From: Octopus vulgaris
Lineage: Eukaryota
Direction of reading: 5' to 3'
DNA length: 64,000 bases
Assembly: GCA_951406725.2 (NCBI GenBank)
Contig: OX597832.1
Coordinates: forward strand, 43,524,001-43,588,000
Shown one piece after another: positions 32,238 through 47,376 of the stretch (its first letter is position 1; every line of letters begins with the position of its first letter). The notes under the pieces are model-generated. The model searched no databases and had not been told where the DNA came from. It worked only from the letters and a program-made list of their open reading frames with translations. A program made the position numbers and the translations under genes.

Positions 32238-32770
32238 TGTGGCACGTAAAAAGCACCATCCGATCGTGGCCGTTGCCAGCCTCGCCTGGCCCCCGTGTCG
32301 ATGGCATGTAAAAAGCACCATCCGATCGTGGCCGTTGCCAGCCTCGCCTGGCCCCCGTGTCGATGGCATGTAAAAAGCACCATCCGATCATGGCTGTTGC
32401 CAGCCTCGCCTGGCCCCCGTGTCGATGGCATGTAAAAAGCACCATCCGATCGTGGCCGTTGCCAGCCATGCCTGGCCCCCGTGTCGATGGCATGTAAAAA
32501 GCACCATCCATCGTGGCCGTTGCCAGCCATGCCTGGCCCCCGTGTCGATGGCATGTAAAAAGCACCATCCAATCGTGGCCGTTGCCAGCCTCGCCTGGCC
32601 CCCGTGTCGATGGCATGTAAAAAGCACCATCCGATCATGGCCGTTGCTAGCCTCGCCTGGCCCCCGTGTCGATGGCACGTAAAAAGCACCATCAGACCGT
32701 GGCCGTTTGCCAGCCTCATCTGGCACCAGTGCCGGTGGCATGTAAAAAGCACCCACTATGCTCACGGAGT
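32238..32770 (+). repeat. 62-bp SINE-derived minisatellite (about 8-9 copies)
   Basis: GCACC recurs at 32253, 32315 and onwards. Confidence 0.85.
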
Positions 32771-35114
32771 GCTCAACCACTTACACGTTAATTTCACGAG
32801 CAGGCTGTTCCGTTGATCGGATCAACCGGAACCCTCGTCGTCGTAACCGACGGAGTGCTTTCCATCCCACAGTTAGAAAGCATTTCATAGGTTTGTTCAA
32901 TCCTGGATGTTTTGGGGTTAAATATCTCCATGTACTGTTACGTCCATTTTTGATTGTTTTGATTTCAACTCCTCTATACTCAGACATGTAGGAGTACTCC
33001 ATTGGTTGCGACGATGAGGGTCCCAGCTGATACGATCAACGGAACAGCTTGCTCGTGGAATTAACGTGCAAGTGGCTGAGCATTCCACAGACACGTGCAC
33101 CCTTAACGTAGTTCTCAGGGAGATTCAGCATGACACAGAGTGTGACAAGGCCGGCCCTTTGAAATACAGGTACAACAGAAACAGGAAGTAAGAGTGAGAG
33201 AAAGTTGTGGTGAAAGAGTACAGCAGGGATCACCACCATCCCCTGCCGGAGCCTCGTGGAGCTTTAGGTGTTTTCGCTCAATAAACACTCACAACGCCCG
33301 GTCTGGGAATCGAAACCGCGATCCGATGACCGCGAGTCCGATGCCCTAACCACTGGGCCATTGCGCCTCCACTACTCAGACATGTAGAACAGTGAGTAAT
33401 CCCTTTAGTGCTGTGCCACAGTAAATTACTCCCAGTACTCTCCATAAAGTGGTTGATGAATGACCAATGTTAACCTAGTCAAAGAAAATCTTTAATCTTG
33501 TTAAGGACATGACTTCTATTACTTGTGTCACAGTAATATGTACTCAGTACAAAGTGATTGGATCTAAGAAGATAATCCAGCTATAAAAACTGCACTAAAG
33601 ATAAAACACTTTAAGTGGGACATGGCCCACTAACTCACCAAGGAGGACAAGCAACTCGGAATAAGAATTGTCTCAGACCATGAGGACTGAGACAATTGTC
33701 TCAGACCATAAGGTCTCAGACCAACTCATTGTCATGGAATGCAAAATGTAGAAGGAGTGGCTGTGTGGTAAGTAGCTTGCTTACCAACCACATGGTTCCG
33801 GGTTCAGTCCCACTGCGTGGCATCTTGGGCAAGTGTCTTCTATTATAGCCCCGGGCCGACCAATGCCTTGTGAGTGGATTTGGTAGACGGAAACTGAAAG
33901 AAGCCTGTCGTATATATGTATACATATATATGTGTATGTGTGTGTGTTTGTGTGTCTGTGTTTGTCCCCCTAGCATTGCTTGACAACCGATGCTGGTGTG
34001 TTTACGTCCCCGTCACTTAGCGGCTCGGCAAAAAGAGAACCGATAGAATAAGTACTGGGCTTACAAAAAAAGAATAAGTCCCGGGGTCGAGTTGCTCGAC
34101 TAAAAGGCGGTGCTCCAGCATGGCCGCAGTCAAATGACTGAAACAAATAAACAGAGAGTAAAAGAGTAAAGAGTAAGAGTAATCGTCATCATGGACTTGG
34201 ACTCCTTGAAAAATCCTCAAAAGAACATCTAATCGAGTCCTGCCAATCTTGTTTCTGTCAACAGTACAAAAAGCACAATCGCTACACAAACTATGGAACC
34301 ATTGTACCCTCTCCCCCCCACCCCCAACATGAACATCATCATCATCATCATCATTGTTCGACCGTGGTCGAGACAATGGAATTTACCATGCAACGCCAGA
34401 CTTCACGGTCCATCATGGCATTACGGAGGTCCTGTTGCTGGATGCCTGTATTCCTGGAGAACGTGATCAGAGACAGGACCCGGCAAAGCAGGGGCTGGAC
34501 CTATATCCGCAGGTATACCATTGGGTCTGGTTCCCTGGGGAAGAGGAACCCTGGTGCAGTTAATTGTAAATTCCATAGTCTTTTCAAATGGCTAATAATG
34601 TGTGCGCGCGCCACTACTACACACATTGGAAAGCATTGTACAACCAAGTACTAAAGAAGATCTTTCCTTCTCCATGAAACAAAGCTGTTCCCGCTGGATG
34701 TCAACGAGTGATTTATTGTAAGGTTATTTCCCTAGATAGATTGCCTTCACTACGGCTAAGGAGCCCTTTCTACCCCAACATGAACAGCATGTCACTAAAA
34801 CCCTTAAATTCACTTGTTGCAGTGGCTGCATCACCACTGAAGAACGTCATTAGTATTGCAAAGCTTGGTTTTCTTCTCCCAAGACAGAAAATGCTTTCAC
34901 TTCTAACGACTACTGACTCTTCACATGTTCAGTTAACAAAACAGTGCATTACTCTAACACTTGAGATGGTGCTGCTATCTACCTGGACATGGTCCACTAT
35001 ATTCAAAGAAAGGATAGACGACTGTGATGCTGTTGTTGATATGAACACACAAAATGCTCCAACTTCTACGGTCCCCTCTTTCTGACTTTTCTATTACAAT
35101 TTCAGTGGCCTCAA

Positions 35115-36200
35115 CATCATCATCATCGTTTAACATCCGTTTTCCGCGCTAGCACGGGTTGGACGGTTTGACCAGGGTCTGGGAAGCCAGGAGGCTGCAC
35201 CAGGCTCCAGTCTGGTCTGGCAGTGTTTCTACGGCTGGATGCCCTTCCTAACGCCAACCACTCCGCGAGTGTAGTGGGTGCTTTTTACGTGTCACCTGCA
35301 CAGGTGCCGGGGGGGGGGGGTCCAGCATCGGTCACAATCGGTTGGTGCTTTTAACATGCCACCGGCACGGAAGCCAGTCAAGGCGGCGCTGGCATCGGCC
35401 GCGTTCGGATGGTGCTTTTTATGTGCCACCGGCACAGAAGCCAGTCGAGGCGGGGCTGGCAATGGCCACATTCGGATGGTGCTTTTTATGTGCCACCGGC
35501 ACAGAAGCCAGTCAAGGCGGCGCTGGCATCGGCCGCGTTCGGATGGTCCTTTTTATGTGCCACCGGCACAGAAGCCAGTCGAGGCGGGGCTGGCAATGGC
35601 CACGTTCGGATGGTGCTTTTTATGTGCCACCGGCACAGAAGCCAGTCAAGGCGGCGCTGGCAATGGCCACGTTCGGATGGTGCTTTTTATGTGCCACCGG
35701 CACAGAAGCCAGTCGAGGCGGCGCTGGCAATGGCCACGTTCGGATGGTGCTTTTTATGTGCCACCGGCACAGAAGCCAGTCGAGGCGGCGCTGGCAATGG
35801 CCACGTTCGGATGGTGCTTTTTATGTGCCACCGGCACAGAAGCCAGTCAAGGCGGCGCTGGCAATGGCCACGTTCGGATGCTGCTTTTTATGTGCCACCG
35901 GCACTGGATCCAGTCGAGGCAGTGCTGGCAACGGCCACATTCGGATGGTGCTTTTTATGTGCCACCGGCACAGAAGCCAGCCAAGGCAGCGCTGGCAATG
36001 GCCACGTTCAGATGGTGCTTTTTATGTGCCACCGGCACAGAAGCCAGTAAAGGCGGCGCTGGCAATGGCCACGTTCAGATGGTGCTTTTTATGTGCCACC
36101 GGCACAGAAGCCAGTAAAGGCGGCGCTGGCAATGGCCACGTTCGGATGGTGCTTTTTATGTGCCAACGGCACAGGTATCACAACTATTATTTCCATTGAT
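35115..36200 (-). mobile_element. SINE-like element with internal 67-bp minisatellite expanded to about 12 copies
   Basis: GGATGGTGC recurs every 67 bp. (CAT)n tail and TGCCCTTCCTAACGCC core are shared with 15895-16235, 17380-17730 and 30211-30475. Confidence 0.85.
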
Positions 36201-36414
36201 ATTTATTTAAATGCTCATGTACTTGACTCCTCCTCAAATTTCGTTGCTCTTATGATGCCCATCCACCCCAGCCAAGAACATTCTTGATTCACTTGTCACT
36301 CACTCTCATCACACACATTCTGTCTACCAGCCTCTGCATTAACTGTTATACCTAGTCTTTCCAACCAGGACATTGGCTCCCTGAAATTCCTTCCCTGCAT
36401 GTTTTTTCTAACGA

Positions 36415-37055
36415 ATGGCCCCTGTGCCGGTGGCACGTAAAAAGCACCATCCGATCGTGGCCGTTACTAGCCTCGCCTGGCCCCTGTGCCGGTGGCACAT
36501 AAAAAGCACCATCCGATCGTGGCCGTTTGCCAGCCACGCCTGGCCCCTGTGCCGGTGGCACGTAAAAGGCACCATCCGACCGTGGCCGTTTGCCAGCCTC
36601 GCCTGGCCCCTGTGCCGGTGGCACGTAAAAAGCACCATCCAACCATGGCCGGTTGCCAGCCCCGTCTGGCACCTGTGCCAGTGGCACGTAAAAAGCACCA
36701 TCCGACAGTGGCCGTTGGCCAGCCACGCCTGGCCCCTGTGCCGGTGGCACGTAAAAAGCACCATCCGACCGTGGCCGTTTGCCAGCCTCGCCTGGCCCCC
36801 GTGCCAGTGGCACGTAAAAGGCACCATCCGACTGTGGCCGTTTGCCAGCCCCGTCTGGCACCTGTGCCAGTGGCACGTAAAAAGCACCCACTACACTCGC
36901 AGAGTGGTTGATGTTAGGAAGGGCATCCAGCCGTAGAAACATTGCCAGATCAGACCGGGCCTGGTGCAGCCTTCTGGCTTCCCAGACCCCAGTTGAACCG
37001 TCCAACCCATGCTAGCATGGAAAGCGGACACTAAACGATGATGATGATGATGATG

Positions 37056-37056
<1 letters not shown>
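36415..37056 (+). mobile_element. Same SINE-like family with 62-63 bp minisatellite (about 8 copies)
   Basis: GCACC recurs at 36444, 36506, 36569 and onwards, ending in a (GAT)n tail. Confidence 0.85.
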
Positions 37057-37086
<30 letters not shown>

Positions 37087-38509
37087 CATGTGTCTATATA
37101 TGCATTGATATCCTTTCTACTATGGGTACATAACCTGAAATTTAGCGGGAGGGGACTAGTTGATTAATCGACCCCAGTACTTGACTGGTACTTTATTTTA
37201 TCAACCCCGAGAGGATAAAAGGCAAAGTTGACCTCAGCGGGATTTGAACTCGGAATATAAAGATAATGAAATGCTACCGATGGTGTAAAAAAAATTTTTT
37301 TTGAAACTATTTTTGGCGAAATTGAGAGAAAAACACAATACGCACCTTCACGTTATTTCTTACAAAATAGACCCCTGTTTTTTTTTTTTTGAAATAAAGG
37401 TGACCCCGGCAAAGGAAGGAAGTCTTTCCGTGTCCCCTTGCGTAGGAATGTTAGATTAGATAATTAGGTTTATGGGATACTCTTATAATCTCTCTCTGTA
37501 TATGTATAAATTTAGACAGGTCTACACACTCAGAATATTATATAAAAATAGAGACGTAATTATTTTGATGGATTCTGAGAAAAACAAAAGTAAAACAGTT
37601 TAAAAATTATTTAATACAAACTAAAAAGAAAAATAAATTCAATTTCTTTTTCAGCCAACATTTGTGAAGAAAAAAAGATACCCTTCCCACCACCCCTAAC
37701 CCTATCCCTAACCCTAAAACAGATTGAAATGCAATAGATCGATACTAGGGTCATAATTATGGGTGACAATTTCATATGACACCGCTAGAAAAAACTGCCG
37801 TTCAAACCGAAAAGATCCGAAACAGGGAACGTACTAGGTGGTCGTAAGATTTGCTAGACACACCAGCTAAATCTGAAAATATTTTCAAAAATGTTTTTCC
37901 TTTTTACCGAAAGAGCTTCTCCCTTCGTTTTTAAGTATGCAGTTCAGGGGGGAGGGGAGAGACCTAAATCGGTTAATGGCGGAAGGAGGGCGCTGAAAAA
38001 AACCCCATAAATTTTAAAGAATTCTTTTCTCGCGGAACTGCTCCGTTACGAGGACGTAAATACACCAGGAGTGGCTGTGTAGTAAGTAGCTTGCTAACCA
38101 GCCACATGGTTCCGGGTTCAGTCCCACTGCGTAGCATCTTGGGCAAGTGTCTTCTGCTATAGCCCCGGGCTGACCAATGCCTTGTGAGTGGATTTGGTAG
38201 ACGGAAACTGAAAGAAGCCCGTCGTATATATGTATGTATATATATATATATGTGTGTGTCTTTGTTTGTCCCCCTAGCATTGCTTGACAACCGATGCTGG
38301 TGTGTTTATGTCCCCGTCACTTAGCGGTTCGGCAAAAGAGAACCGATAGAATAAGTACTGGGCTTACAAAGAATAAGTCCCGATTAAAAGGCGGTGCTCC
38401 AGCGTGGCCGCAGTCAAATGACTGAAACAAGTAAAAGAGTAAAAGAAAAGAGTATAAAGACTAAACCCCACCACCGTCCTTTCCAAGGCCATGGTAAAAA
38501 AAAAAAAAG

Positions 38510-39030
38510 ATATTTTTTCTTTGACATAAGTGACTCTACAAAGATAAGAACTTGACCAGTTTCAAGGGTTGAGTTGATAGCTAAAAGTTGGCGGTGATAA
38601 AAGAGGGAAAAAATAAATCTCATAATTACCAAATTGTACGTAAAAACTTACCAGCAAATTCAACAGAGAATGATTCAGAACCAATTTTGTCTTCACTTTC
38701 TTATTTTGTATATAGAGTGAGTGAGTGAGTGAGTGACAGACAGAAACAGTGTGTGAGTGAGGGTGAGAGAGAGAGAGAGAGAGAATGAGAGTGAGTGGGA
38801 GATAAAGACGCAAAAGGAGGTACAGTCAATGACAAAGAGAGAGAGACATACAATCTAGCAAAAAATGTGCGAGAGGGGGTAAGTTAGACAGAGACAAACA
38901 AGAAGCAGAGGGGGGCAGTATACGTCGCTGTGTGACAAACCTAATTCATTAAAGTTTGAAAAGAAGGCCTTGCCGTATTGATTGGAAATCAACGTTTTAC
39001 TTTCACTTTAGTTTCATGTTAATATTGCAT
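38510..39030 (-). promoter_or_regulatory. Putative promoter and non-coding first exon of copy A (donor GCTG|gtaagt, exon end 38652)
   Basis: Non-SINE block present three times in the window, each oriented towards a MYND gene and each retaining a consensus splice donor. Confidence 0.55.
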
Positions 39031-39063
39031 ATTAATGACGAATGAATGAATGACGAATGAATG

Positions 39064-39094
<31 letters not shown>

Positions 39095-39330
39095 GAGTGA
39101 GTGTGTGTGTGTGTATGTATGTATGTTCTCTTTTCTCTTTTACTTGTTTCAGTCATTTGACTGCGGCCATGCTGGAGCAGCGCCTTTTAGTCGAGCAAAT
39201 CGACCCCGGGACTTATTCTTTGTAAGCCCAGTACTTATTCTATCGATACCTTGCGGAACTGCTCCGTTACGAGGACGTAAATACACCAATACCGGTTGTC
39301 AAGCGATGATGAGGGGTACAAATACACACA

Positions 39331-39374
<44 letters not shown>

Positions 39375-39524
39375 GGCATAGGAGTGGCTGTGTGGTAAGT
39401 GCCTTCTTTACGAACCACATGGTTCCTTGTGCACCTTGGGCAAGTGTCTTCTACTATAGCCTCGGGTCGGCCCGAAGCCTTGTGAGTGGATTTGGTAGAC
39501 GGAAACTGAAAGAAGCCCGTCGTA

Positions 39525-39620
<96 letters not shown>

Positions 39621-39805
39621 TGTGTATTTAAGTCCCCGTAACTTATCGGTTCCGCAAAGTACCGGTAGAATAAGTACTGGGCTTACAAATAAGCCCGAGG
39701 TCGAAATGTTCAACTAAAAACCCTTGAATGCGGAGCTCCAGCATGGCCGCAGCTAAACGACTGAAGCAAGGTAAAGAATAAAAGAATTAAAAAAAAAAAG
39801 AAGAG

Positions 39806-39882
39806 CACACACACACATACATACATACACATATACATACACACATATACATACACACACATACATACATACACACACATAT

Positions 39883-39929
<47 letters not shown>

Positions 39930-40107
39930 TACACACACACACACACATATACATACACACACACATACATACATACATACATACACACACACACATACAC
40001 ACACACACACACACAAACATACATACACACACACATACATACACACATACACACACACATACATACATACATACACACACACATACATACACACACACAC
40101 ACACACA
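39806..40107. repeat. Compound (CA)n/(TACA)n microsatellite
   Basis: Read directly. Confidence 0.95.
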
Positions 40108-40109
40108 TT

Positions 40110-40500
40110 CCTTCATTTATATGCATTACTAAAGCGAAAGTGAAAGTAAACCGTTGATTTCCAAGAAACAAAGGAAGGCTTCCACGAAGCCACATATACT
40201 GACCACTCTGACTAACTTTCTCCCCTCTCGCTTTTGCTAGATTGTATGTCTCTCTCTCTTTGTCTTTGACTGTATCGCTTTTTTGTCTTTGACTGTATCG
40301 GTTCTGAATCATTACCTGTTGAATTGCTGGTAAGTGATACGTTCAATTTGGTAATAATGAAATTTAATTTTTTTTCCTCTTTCTTCACCGCCAACTTTTA
40401 GCTATCAACTCAACTCTTAACTATGAAGAGAAAAATTGGTCAAGTTCTTATCTTTCTAGAGTTACTTATGTCAAAGAAAATAACTATTTTTATTTATACT
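40110..40500 (+). promoter_or_regulatory. Putative promoter/non-coding exon unit, distal copy for gene B (donor at 40329/40330)
   Basis: Inverted homolog of 38510-39030. Contains GAATTGCTG|gtaagt and GAAAGTGAAAGT at 40136-40147. Confidence 0.5.
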
Positions 40501-41101
40501 CTTAATTGATAGTTATAAATTTTAACGCCAGCGATGTTTCGCTTTGTGAGAGAGGGTTTACAATTATCAAATAAGTAAAAGAAATGAGTGAATCCTTAAA
40601 AGCAGGTTATTAAATTTCATTTAAATGATTAACTTCCAAATAATATTTATGTTTTATTTTTCGAAATGAGCTATCAATTTGTAAAAAAAATATATATATT
40701 TTCATAAAGACTAAACTATCCTTTTCCAAGGCCATGGCAAAAAAAAAAAAAAAAAAAATTATAATGTCAACATTATGGCGGTGCCCCAGCATGGCCACAG
40801 CTCATGAGCTGAAACTAGAATCAATCAATCATTAACCAAATTGAATTTTAAATTTATGATTGTTTTTTCTTCCTCCACTTCCTCCTTTACTCTTTTACTT
40901 GTTTCAGTCATTTGACTGCGGCCATGCTGGAGCAGCGCCTTTTAGTCGAGCAAATCGACCCCCAGGACTTATTCTTTTTGTAAGCCCAGTACTTATTCTA
41001 TCGGTTCTCTTTTTGCCGAACCGCTAAGTGACGGGGACATAAACACACCAGCATCGGTTGTCAAGCAATGCTAGGGGGACCAACAAACACTAACATACAC
41101 G

Positions 41102-41135
<34 letters not shown>

Positions 41136-42403
41136 CATATATACGACGGGCTTCTTTCAGTTTCCACCTACCAAATCCACTCACAAGGCTTTGGTCGGCC
41201 CGAAGCTATAGTAGAAGACACTTGCCCAAGGTGCCACGCAGTGGGACTGAACCCGGAACCCCGAAAACGGAACCAAGCTACTTACCACACAGCCACTCCT
41301 GCGCCTGTATATAATTTTAAAATATTGGAGAGCCTGATAAAGTCGTTTTGCTGGGAGTTGTCAATTGACTTTAAAAGGCAATCTTTTGACAGATGTACAC
41401 TGCCTTTTAAAAAAAACCTATGTAAAAGACGATGTTTTGATAATATATTTTTCTGTTAGTAAATATGTTTTTCTTAAACACACACACACAGAGATAGTAT
41501 GCTATTCTGGTAGTAAATACGTTTTTTGCTAAACGCAACACACAACGCACAGACTCGCTTGATTTGGGAGCTATGTTAAAATGTATATTACAATTTTGTT
41601 GTTGTTGCTTGAATCCCAGCAATGGGCCACCTTTCAGCTAAACAAAACCCATGTGTTACGTCCGTATCACGATTCCATGAACTGTGTTTATGGCGAGAAA
41701 ATATTGAAAAACATCAATACGTGTCAGAGTGACAAAGAAACGGGGAAGCTATCAGGTGGTTATACAATGTGCTAGAAACAACAGCTAAATCTCCACACTT
41801 TTTCCATTGAATTTTTTTTTTTTTTTTTTTTTTTTTGTTTTACAGGAAAGGCTTTCATCATTTTAAAATACCTACATTGTGCAAAAAAAAAAAAAAAAAA
41901 AAAACTTGGCCAAAATCGGCCCGTAGTGGGGGAATGGAAAAAAGTAGGTTGAAAAAGAAACTGAATATATTTTTTTAGCTTGTATTAAATAATTTTGAAA
42001 TGGTTTTACTTTTGTTTTTCTCATAACCCAATCAAAATAATTGCTTTATGTTTTTAACTTATGTCTGTACTTTTATATAATATTCTGGGTGTGTAGACCT
42101 GTATAAATTTACATACATACAGAGAGATTTTAAGATTATCCCATATATATAATTATCTCATCTAGCAACCCTACGCAAGGGGTCGCTCATATTTCTAAAA
42201 AAACAGGGGTCTGTTTTGTTAGAAATAAAGTGAGAGGGATTATCGTGTCATTCTCCCAATTTCGCCTAAAATAGTTTGTGTTTTTTACACCGATTCATAT
42301 AATAAGGCTGTTCGCTGGACAAAATGCGAAGTAGCATTTCATCGTATTTATATTAGGCACCTACAGCATTATAGCTGCTTCGGGTTGCAGGATTTCTTGC
42401 TTA

Positions 42404-42880
42404 CAGAAATTGTAAAGTATGACCCTTATTTTGGGGGGAAGTAATGGTCAAACTTCCCACCTCGCCTGACTGCAACCTCAACTTCTAAGAGTGGTGTGCA
42501 GTGGAATGAGAGACCGACGACAGCTGCAATGCAAAGGACAAACCGAGGAGCAGGATTATTAGGGCCTTCAGGGTCCTAAAATGGGAGACAGTTATGGAAG
42601 GCCTGTTGAAGTTCCGAGAAATTGTAAAGTATGACCGTTATTTTGGGGGGAGTAATGGTCAAACTTCCCACCTCGCCTGACTGCAACCTCAACTTCTAAG
42701 TGTGGGGGTGCAGTGGAATGAGAGACCGACGACAGCTGCAATGCAAAGGACGAACCGAGGAGCAGGATTATTAGGGCATTCAGGGTCCTAAAATGGGAGA
42801 CAGTTATGGAAGGCCTGTTGAAGTTCCGAGGTTGCCTGGATGCTATCAAGATGAAAGGTGAATTCATCGATTTGAGGTTG
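42404..42880 (+). mobile_element. Degenerate mariner-type transposase C-terminal remnant, tandemly duplicated (about 212 bp unit)
   Basis: Decayed PTSPDCN..W.AVE.ET...RI.RAF...KFRGCLDA..KGEFID reading. 42404-42616 is repeated at 42617-42830. Confidence 0.55.
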
Positions 42881-43244
42881 ACAAAACACGTCGTGGAGAC
42901 AAACTGACCCAGCGATCTTCTATTTATAGGGAAAGAAATGTCGTTGACCCACATTTAGCGAACATCTCTAAAAATAGTTAAAAAAACTTCTATTTTCGTG
43001 AGACTGTCATCATGCGATCGAATATCGTCCACGTCCTGTGCGTGTATTTCTATTATTTTACTTGTTTCAGTCATTTGACTGCGGCCATGCTGGGGCACTG
43101 CATTTCGTCGAACAAATCGACCCCAGGACTTATTCTTTGTAAGCCTAGTACTTATTCTGTCAACCTGTTTTGCCGGACCACTAGGTTACGGGGGACGTAA
43201 AGACACCAACATCGGTTGTCAAACGATGATGAGTGGGAGACACA

Positions 43245-43293
<49 letters not shown>

Positions 43294-43660
43294 AAATAAA
43301 TGCGCTCTTTTAAAGCCTAGCCAGGCTCATGGGTCCGGTTCCCCGGTTTCCATGGCGTATGTGTTCCCCAGCTGGACGGGACGCCAGTCCATCGCAGCGT
43401 TACTCACTTTTGCCAGCTGAGTGGACTGGGGCAACGTGAAATGAAGTGTTTTGCTCAAGAACACAACGCGTCGCCCGGTCCAGGAATCGAAACCACAATC
43501 TGACGATCATGATGCTGACACCCTAACCACTAAGCCACGCGCCTCCACACACACACACACACACGACGAGCTTTGCCGCACCGCTAAGTAACGGGGACGT
43601 AAACATACCAGCATCGGTTGTCAAGCGATGTTGGGGGGACAAACACAGACACACAAACAC

Positions 43661-43736
<76 letters not shown>

Positions 43737-45829
43737 ATACGACAGGCTTCTATATACATATATATATATATATATATATACGACAGGCTTCTTTCAGTTT
43801 CTGTCTACCAAATCCACTCACAAGGCTTTGGTTGGCCCGAGGCAACAGTTAATGACACTTGCCCAAGGTGCCACGCAGTGGGACTGAACAGAGAGCCCTG
43901 CGGTTGGTAAGCAACCTCTTACCACACAGCCACACACACCTATACATGCATACATATGTGTGTATGTGTGTGTGTGTGTTCTCATTGCGCCTGAAATTAC
44001 TTGCTGCACCAGAAAACCGTGACATCGTCCAAAAATATAGGCGCAGGGGTGGCTGTGTGGTAAGTAGCTTGCTTACCAACCGCATGGTTCCGGTTTCAGT
44101 CCCACTGCGTGGCACCTTGAGCGAGTGTCTTCTACTATAGCCTCGGGCCGACCAAAGCCTTGTGAGTGGATTTGGTAGACGGAAACTGAAAGAAGCCTAT
44201 CATATATATATATGTATATATATATATATGTATGTATGTGTTTGTGTGTGTGTCTGTGTTTGTCTCCTCCAACATCGCTTGACAACCGATAGAATAAGTA
44301 CTGGGATTACATACGAATAAGTCCTGGTGTCGATTTGCTCGACTAAAAGGCGGTGCTCCAGCATGGCCACAGTCAAATGACTGAAACAAGTAAAAGAATA
44401 AAAGAACGTGTTCTTTTGTGATTTAAAGCATCGTAGGTTATAAAGCTACGAAATACAGAGAGAGAGAGAGAGAGAGAGAATAATAAAAAAAAAAAGGAAA
44501 CGCCCTCGATAATTTCCTATACGTGCATATTCACATAACATACACAGGACAATAATAATAGTTAGTCTGTACTGATGGCGTCATCAGTTACGTAGATGAC
44601 GGAGAAATGAACGAAGAATAATATTAATTCAATATTACTAACAGCGAGGGCGGCGAGCTGGCAGAAACGTTAGCACTCCGGGCGAAATGCTTAAGCGTTA
44701 TTTCATCTTCCGCGACGTTCTGAGTTAAAATTCCGCCGAGGTCGACTTTGCCTTTCATCCTTTCGGGGGTCGATAAATTAAGTACCAGTTACGCACTGGG
44801 GTCGATGTAATCGACTTAGTCCGTCTGTCTGTCCTTGTTTGTCTCCTCTGTGTTTAGCCCCTCGTTTGTAATTACGTTCTGAATTCAAATTCCGCCCAGG
44901 TAGACTTAGCCTTTCATCCTTTCGGGATCGATAAATTAAGTACCAATTCAATCTAATCGATTGGACCCCTCCTCCCAAAACATATATTAACAGCAGCGAG
45001 ATGACAGAATTGTTAGACGGAAAAAAATTCTTAGCGGCATTTCGTCCGTTTTACATTCTGAATTCAAATTCTATCAAGGTTGTCTTTGCCTTTTATCGTT
45101 TCGGGGTCGATAAAGTAAGTTCCAGCAGAACACTTTGGTCAGTGCAATTTAGACCCTCCCCAAACCTGCTGGCTTTGGGCCAAAATTTGAAACCAATTTT
45201 AATTAATTGGATAAGCTAAGGTTTTCAGATAAAGTAATCAACCAACTAACTCGCACATTACACATACACTCAGTAAGCGGAATAGTTAAAATATGAAAGA
45301 CTTTTCTCAAGTTTAAAATATGGCGTTTTTGTTATCTTACATTCCAATGATGGAGCTTTGTGTCTTTGTTAGAAATCAGCTCCTTCCTCAGGTGGTAGAA
45401 GCTTACTTCCCAACCACATGGTTCCGGGTTCAGTCCCACTGCATGGCACTTTGGGCAAGTGTCTTCTACTATAGCCTCGGGCCGACCATAAACCTTGTGA
45501 GTGGACTTGGTAGACGGAAACTGAAAGAAGTCCATCGTATATTTATATATACTCTTTTACTTGTTTCAGTCATTTGACTGCGGCCATGCTGGAGCACCAC
45601 CTTTAGTCGAGCAAATCGACCCCGGGACTTATTCTTTGTAAGCCCAGTACTTATTCTATCGGTCTCTTTTGCCGAACCGTTCTCTCCTTGTTTTTTCTGT
45701 GTACCTTTCTGTAGAAGAGCGTAGGCTCGAAACGTAAAATACTTTTTCTATTCCTGAGCGTTATACTAATACATCTGTTTGTTTTGTACACCACCTGTCT
45801 TCGTCTTTTGTTTTTTCGTAAACTTTCCC

Positions 45830-45888
<59 letters not shown>

Positions 45889-46505
45889 TCTTTTACTTGT
45901 TTCAGTCATGTGACTGTGGCCATGCTGGAGCACCGCCTTTAGTCGAGCAAATCGCCCCCAGGACTTATTTTTTGTAAGCCTAGTACTTATTCAATCGGTT
46001 TCTTTTGTCGAACCGTTAAGTTACGGAGACGTAAACATACCAGCATCGGTTGTCAAGCCTTGTTGTGGGGGCAAACACAGACACACAAACGTATACACGC
46101 GCGCACACACACTCACACACACACACATACATATACATATATACGACGGGTTTCTTTCAGTTTTCGTCTACCATATCCACTCACAAGGCTTTGGTCGGTC
46201 CGAGTCTATAGTAGAAGACACTTGCCCAAGGTACTACGCAGTGGGGCTGATATATATGTGTGTGTGTGTGCGTGCGCGCGCGCGTCTTTGCCCCCCCCCC
46301 CAATCATCGCTTGACAACCGGTTTCGGTGTATTTACATCTCCATAACTAGCGGTTCTGCAAAGAACCGATAGAATAAGTACTGTGCTTAGAATGAAGTCC
46401 CGTGGTCGAATTGTTCGACTAAAACCCTTGAATGCGGTGCTCCGGCATGGCCGCATTCAAATGATTGAAACAAGTAAAAGAATAAAAGAATTTGAAAACA
46501 AGAGA

Positions 46506-46947
46506 ACATACATACACACACACTTACATACACACATACACACATACACACACACATACACACACACATACATACACACACACATACACACACACATACA
46601 TACACACATACACACACACATACATACACACATACACACACACATACATACATACACACACACATACATACATACACACATACATACATACACACACACA
46701 TACATACATACAGATATACATACACATACACACATACATACATACACACACACATACACACATACATACACACACATACATACATACATACACACACACA
46801 TATACACACACACATACATACACACATACATACACACACATACACACACATACATACATACACACATACATACATACACACATACACATACATACACACA
46901 TACACACACACATACACACACACACACACACATACATACATACACAC

Positions 46948-46999
<52 letters not shown>

Positions 47000-47035
47000 A
47001 CACACATACACACACACATACACATACACACACAT

Positions 47036-47074
<39 letters not shown>

Positions 47075-47075
47075 G
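46506..47075. repeat. Compound (CA)n/(TACA)n microsatellite
   Basis: Read directly; positional homolog of 39806-40107. Confidence 0.95.
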
Positions 47076-47094
47076 ACGCACAGACACACCTTTA

Positions 47095-47322
47095 TTCATT
47101 CGTATCAGGTGCACTACGATATATTGCGTTACAATGGAAGTAAAGTGGAAGTAAAATGTCGATTTCCAAGGATTACAGTAAGGCTTTCTTTTTATACTTT
47201 TATGAATTTGGTCGTCTCGTACAGACATATATTTACCACTGTGGTGTTTCTATCTGTCTTTGACTAACTTTCCCTTTCTCCCACAATTTTGCTAGATTAT
47301 ACTTCTTTTTGCGTCATTATAT

Positions 47323-47376
<54 letters not shown>

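Noticed and set aside
35278-37005. Long overlapping 140-285 aa ORFs
   Set aside because: Stop-free translations of SINE-internal minisatellites in multiple frames and on both strands.
46383-47267. His/Thr- and Cys/Val-rich ORFs
   Set aside because: (CA)n/(TACA)n microsatellite.
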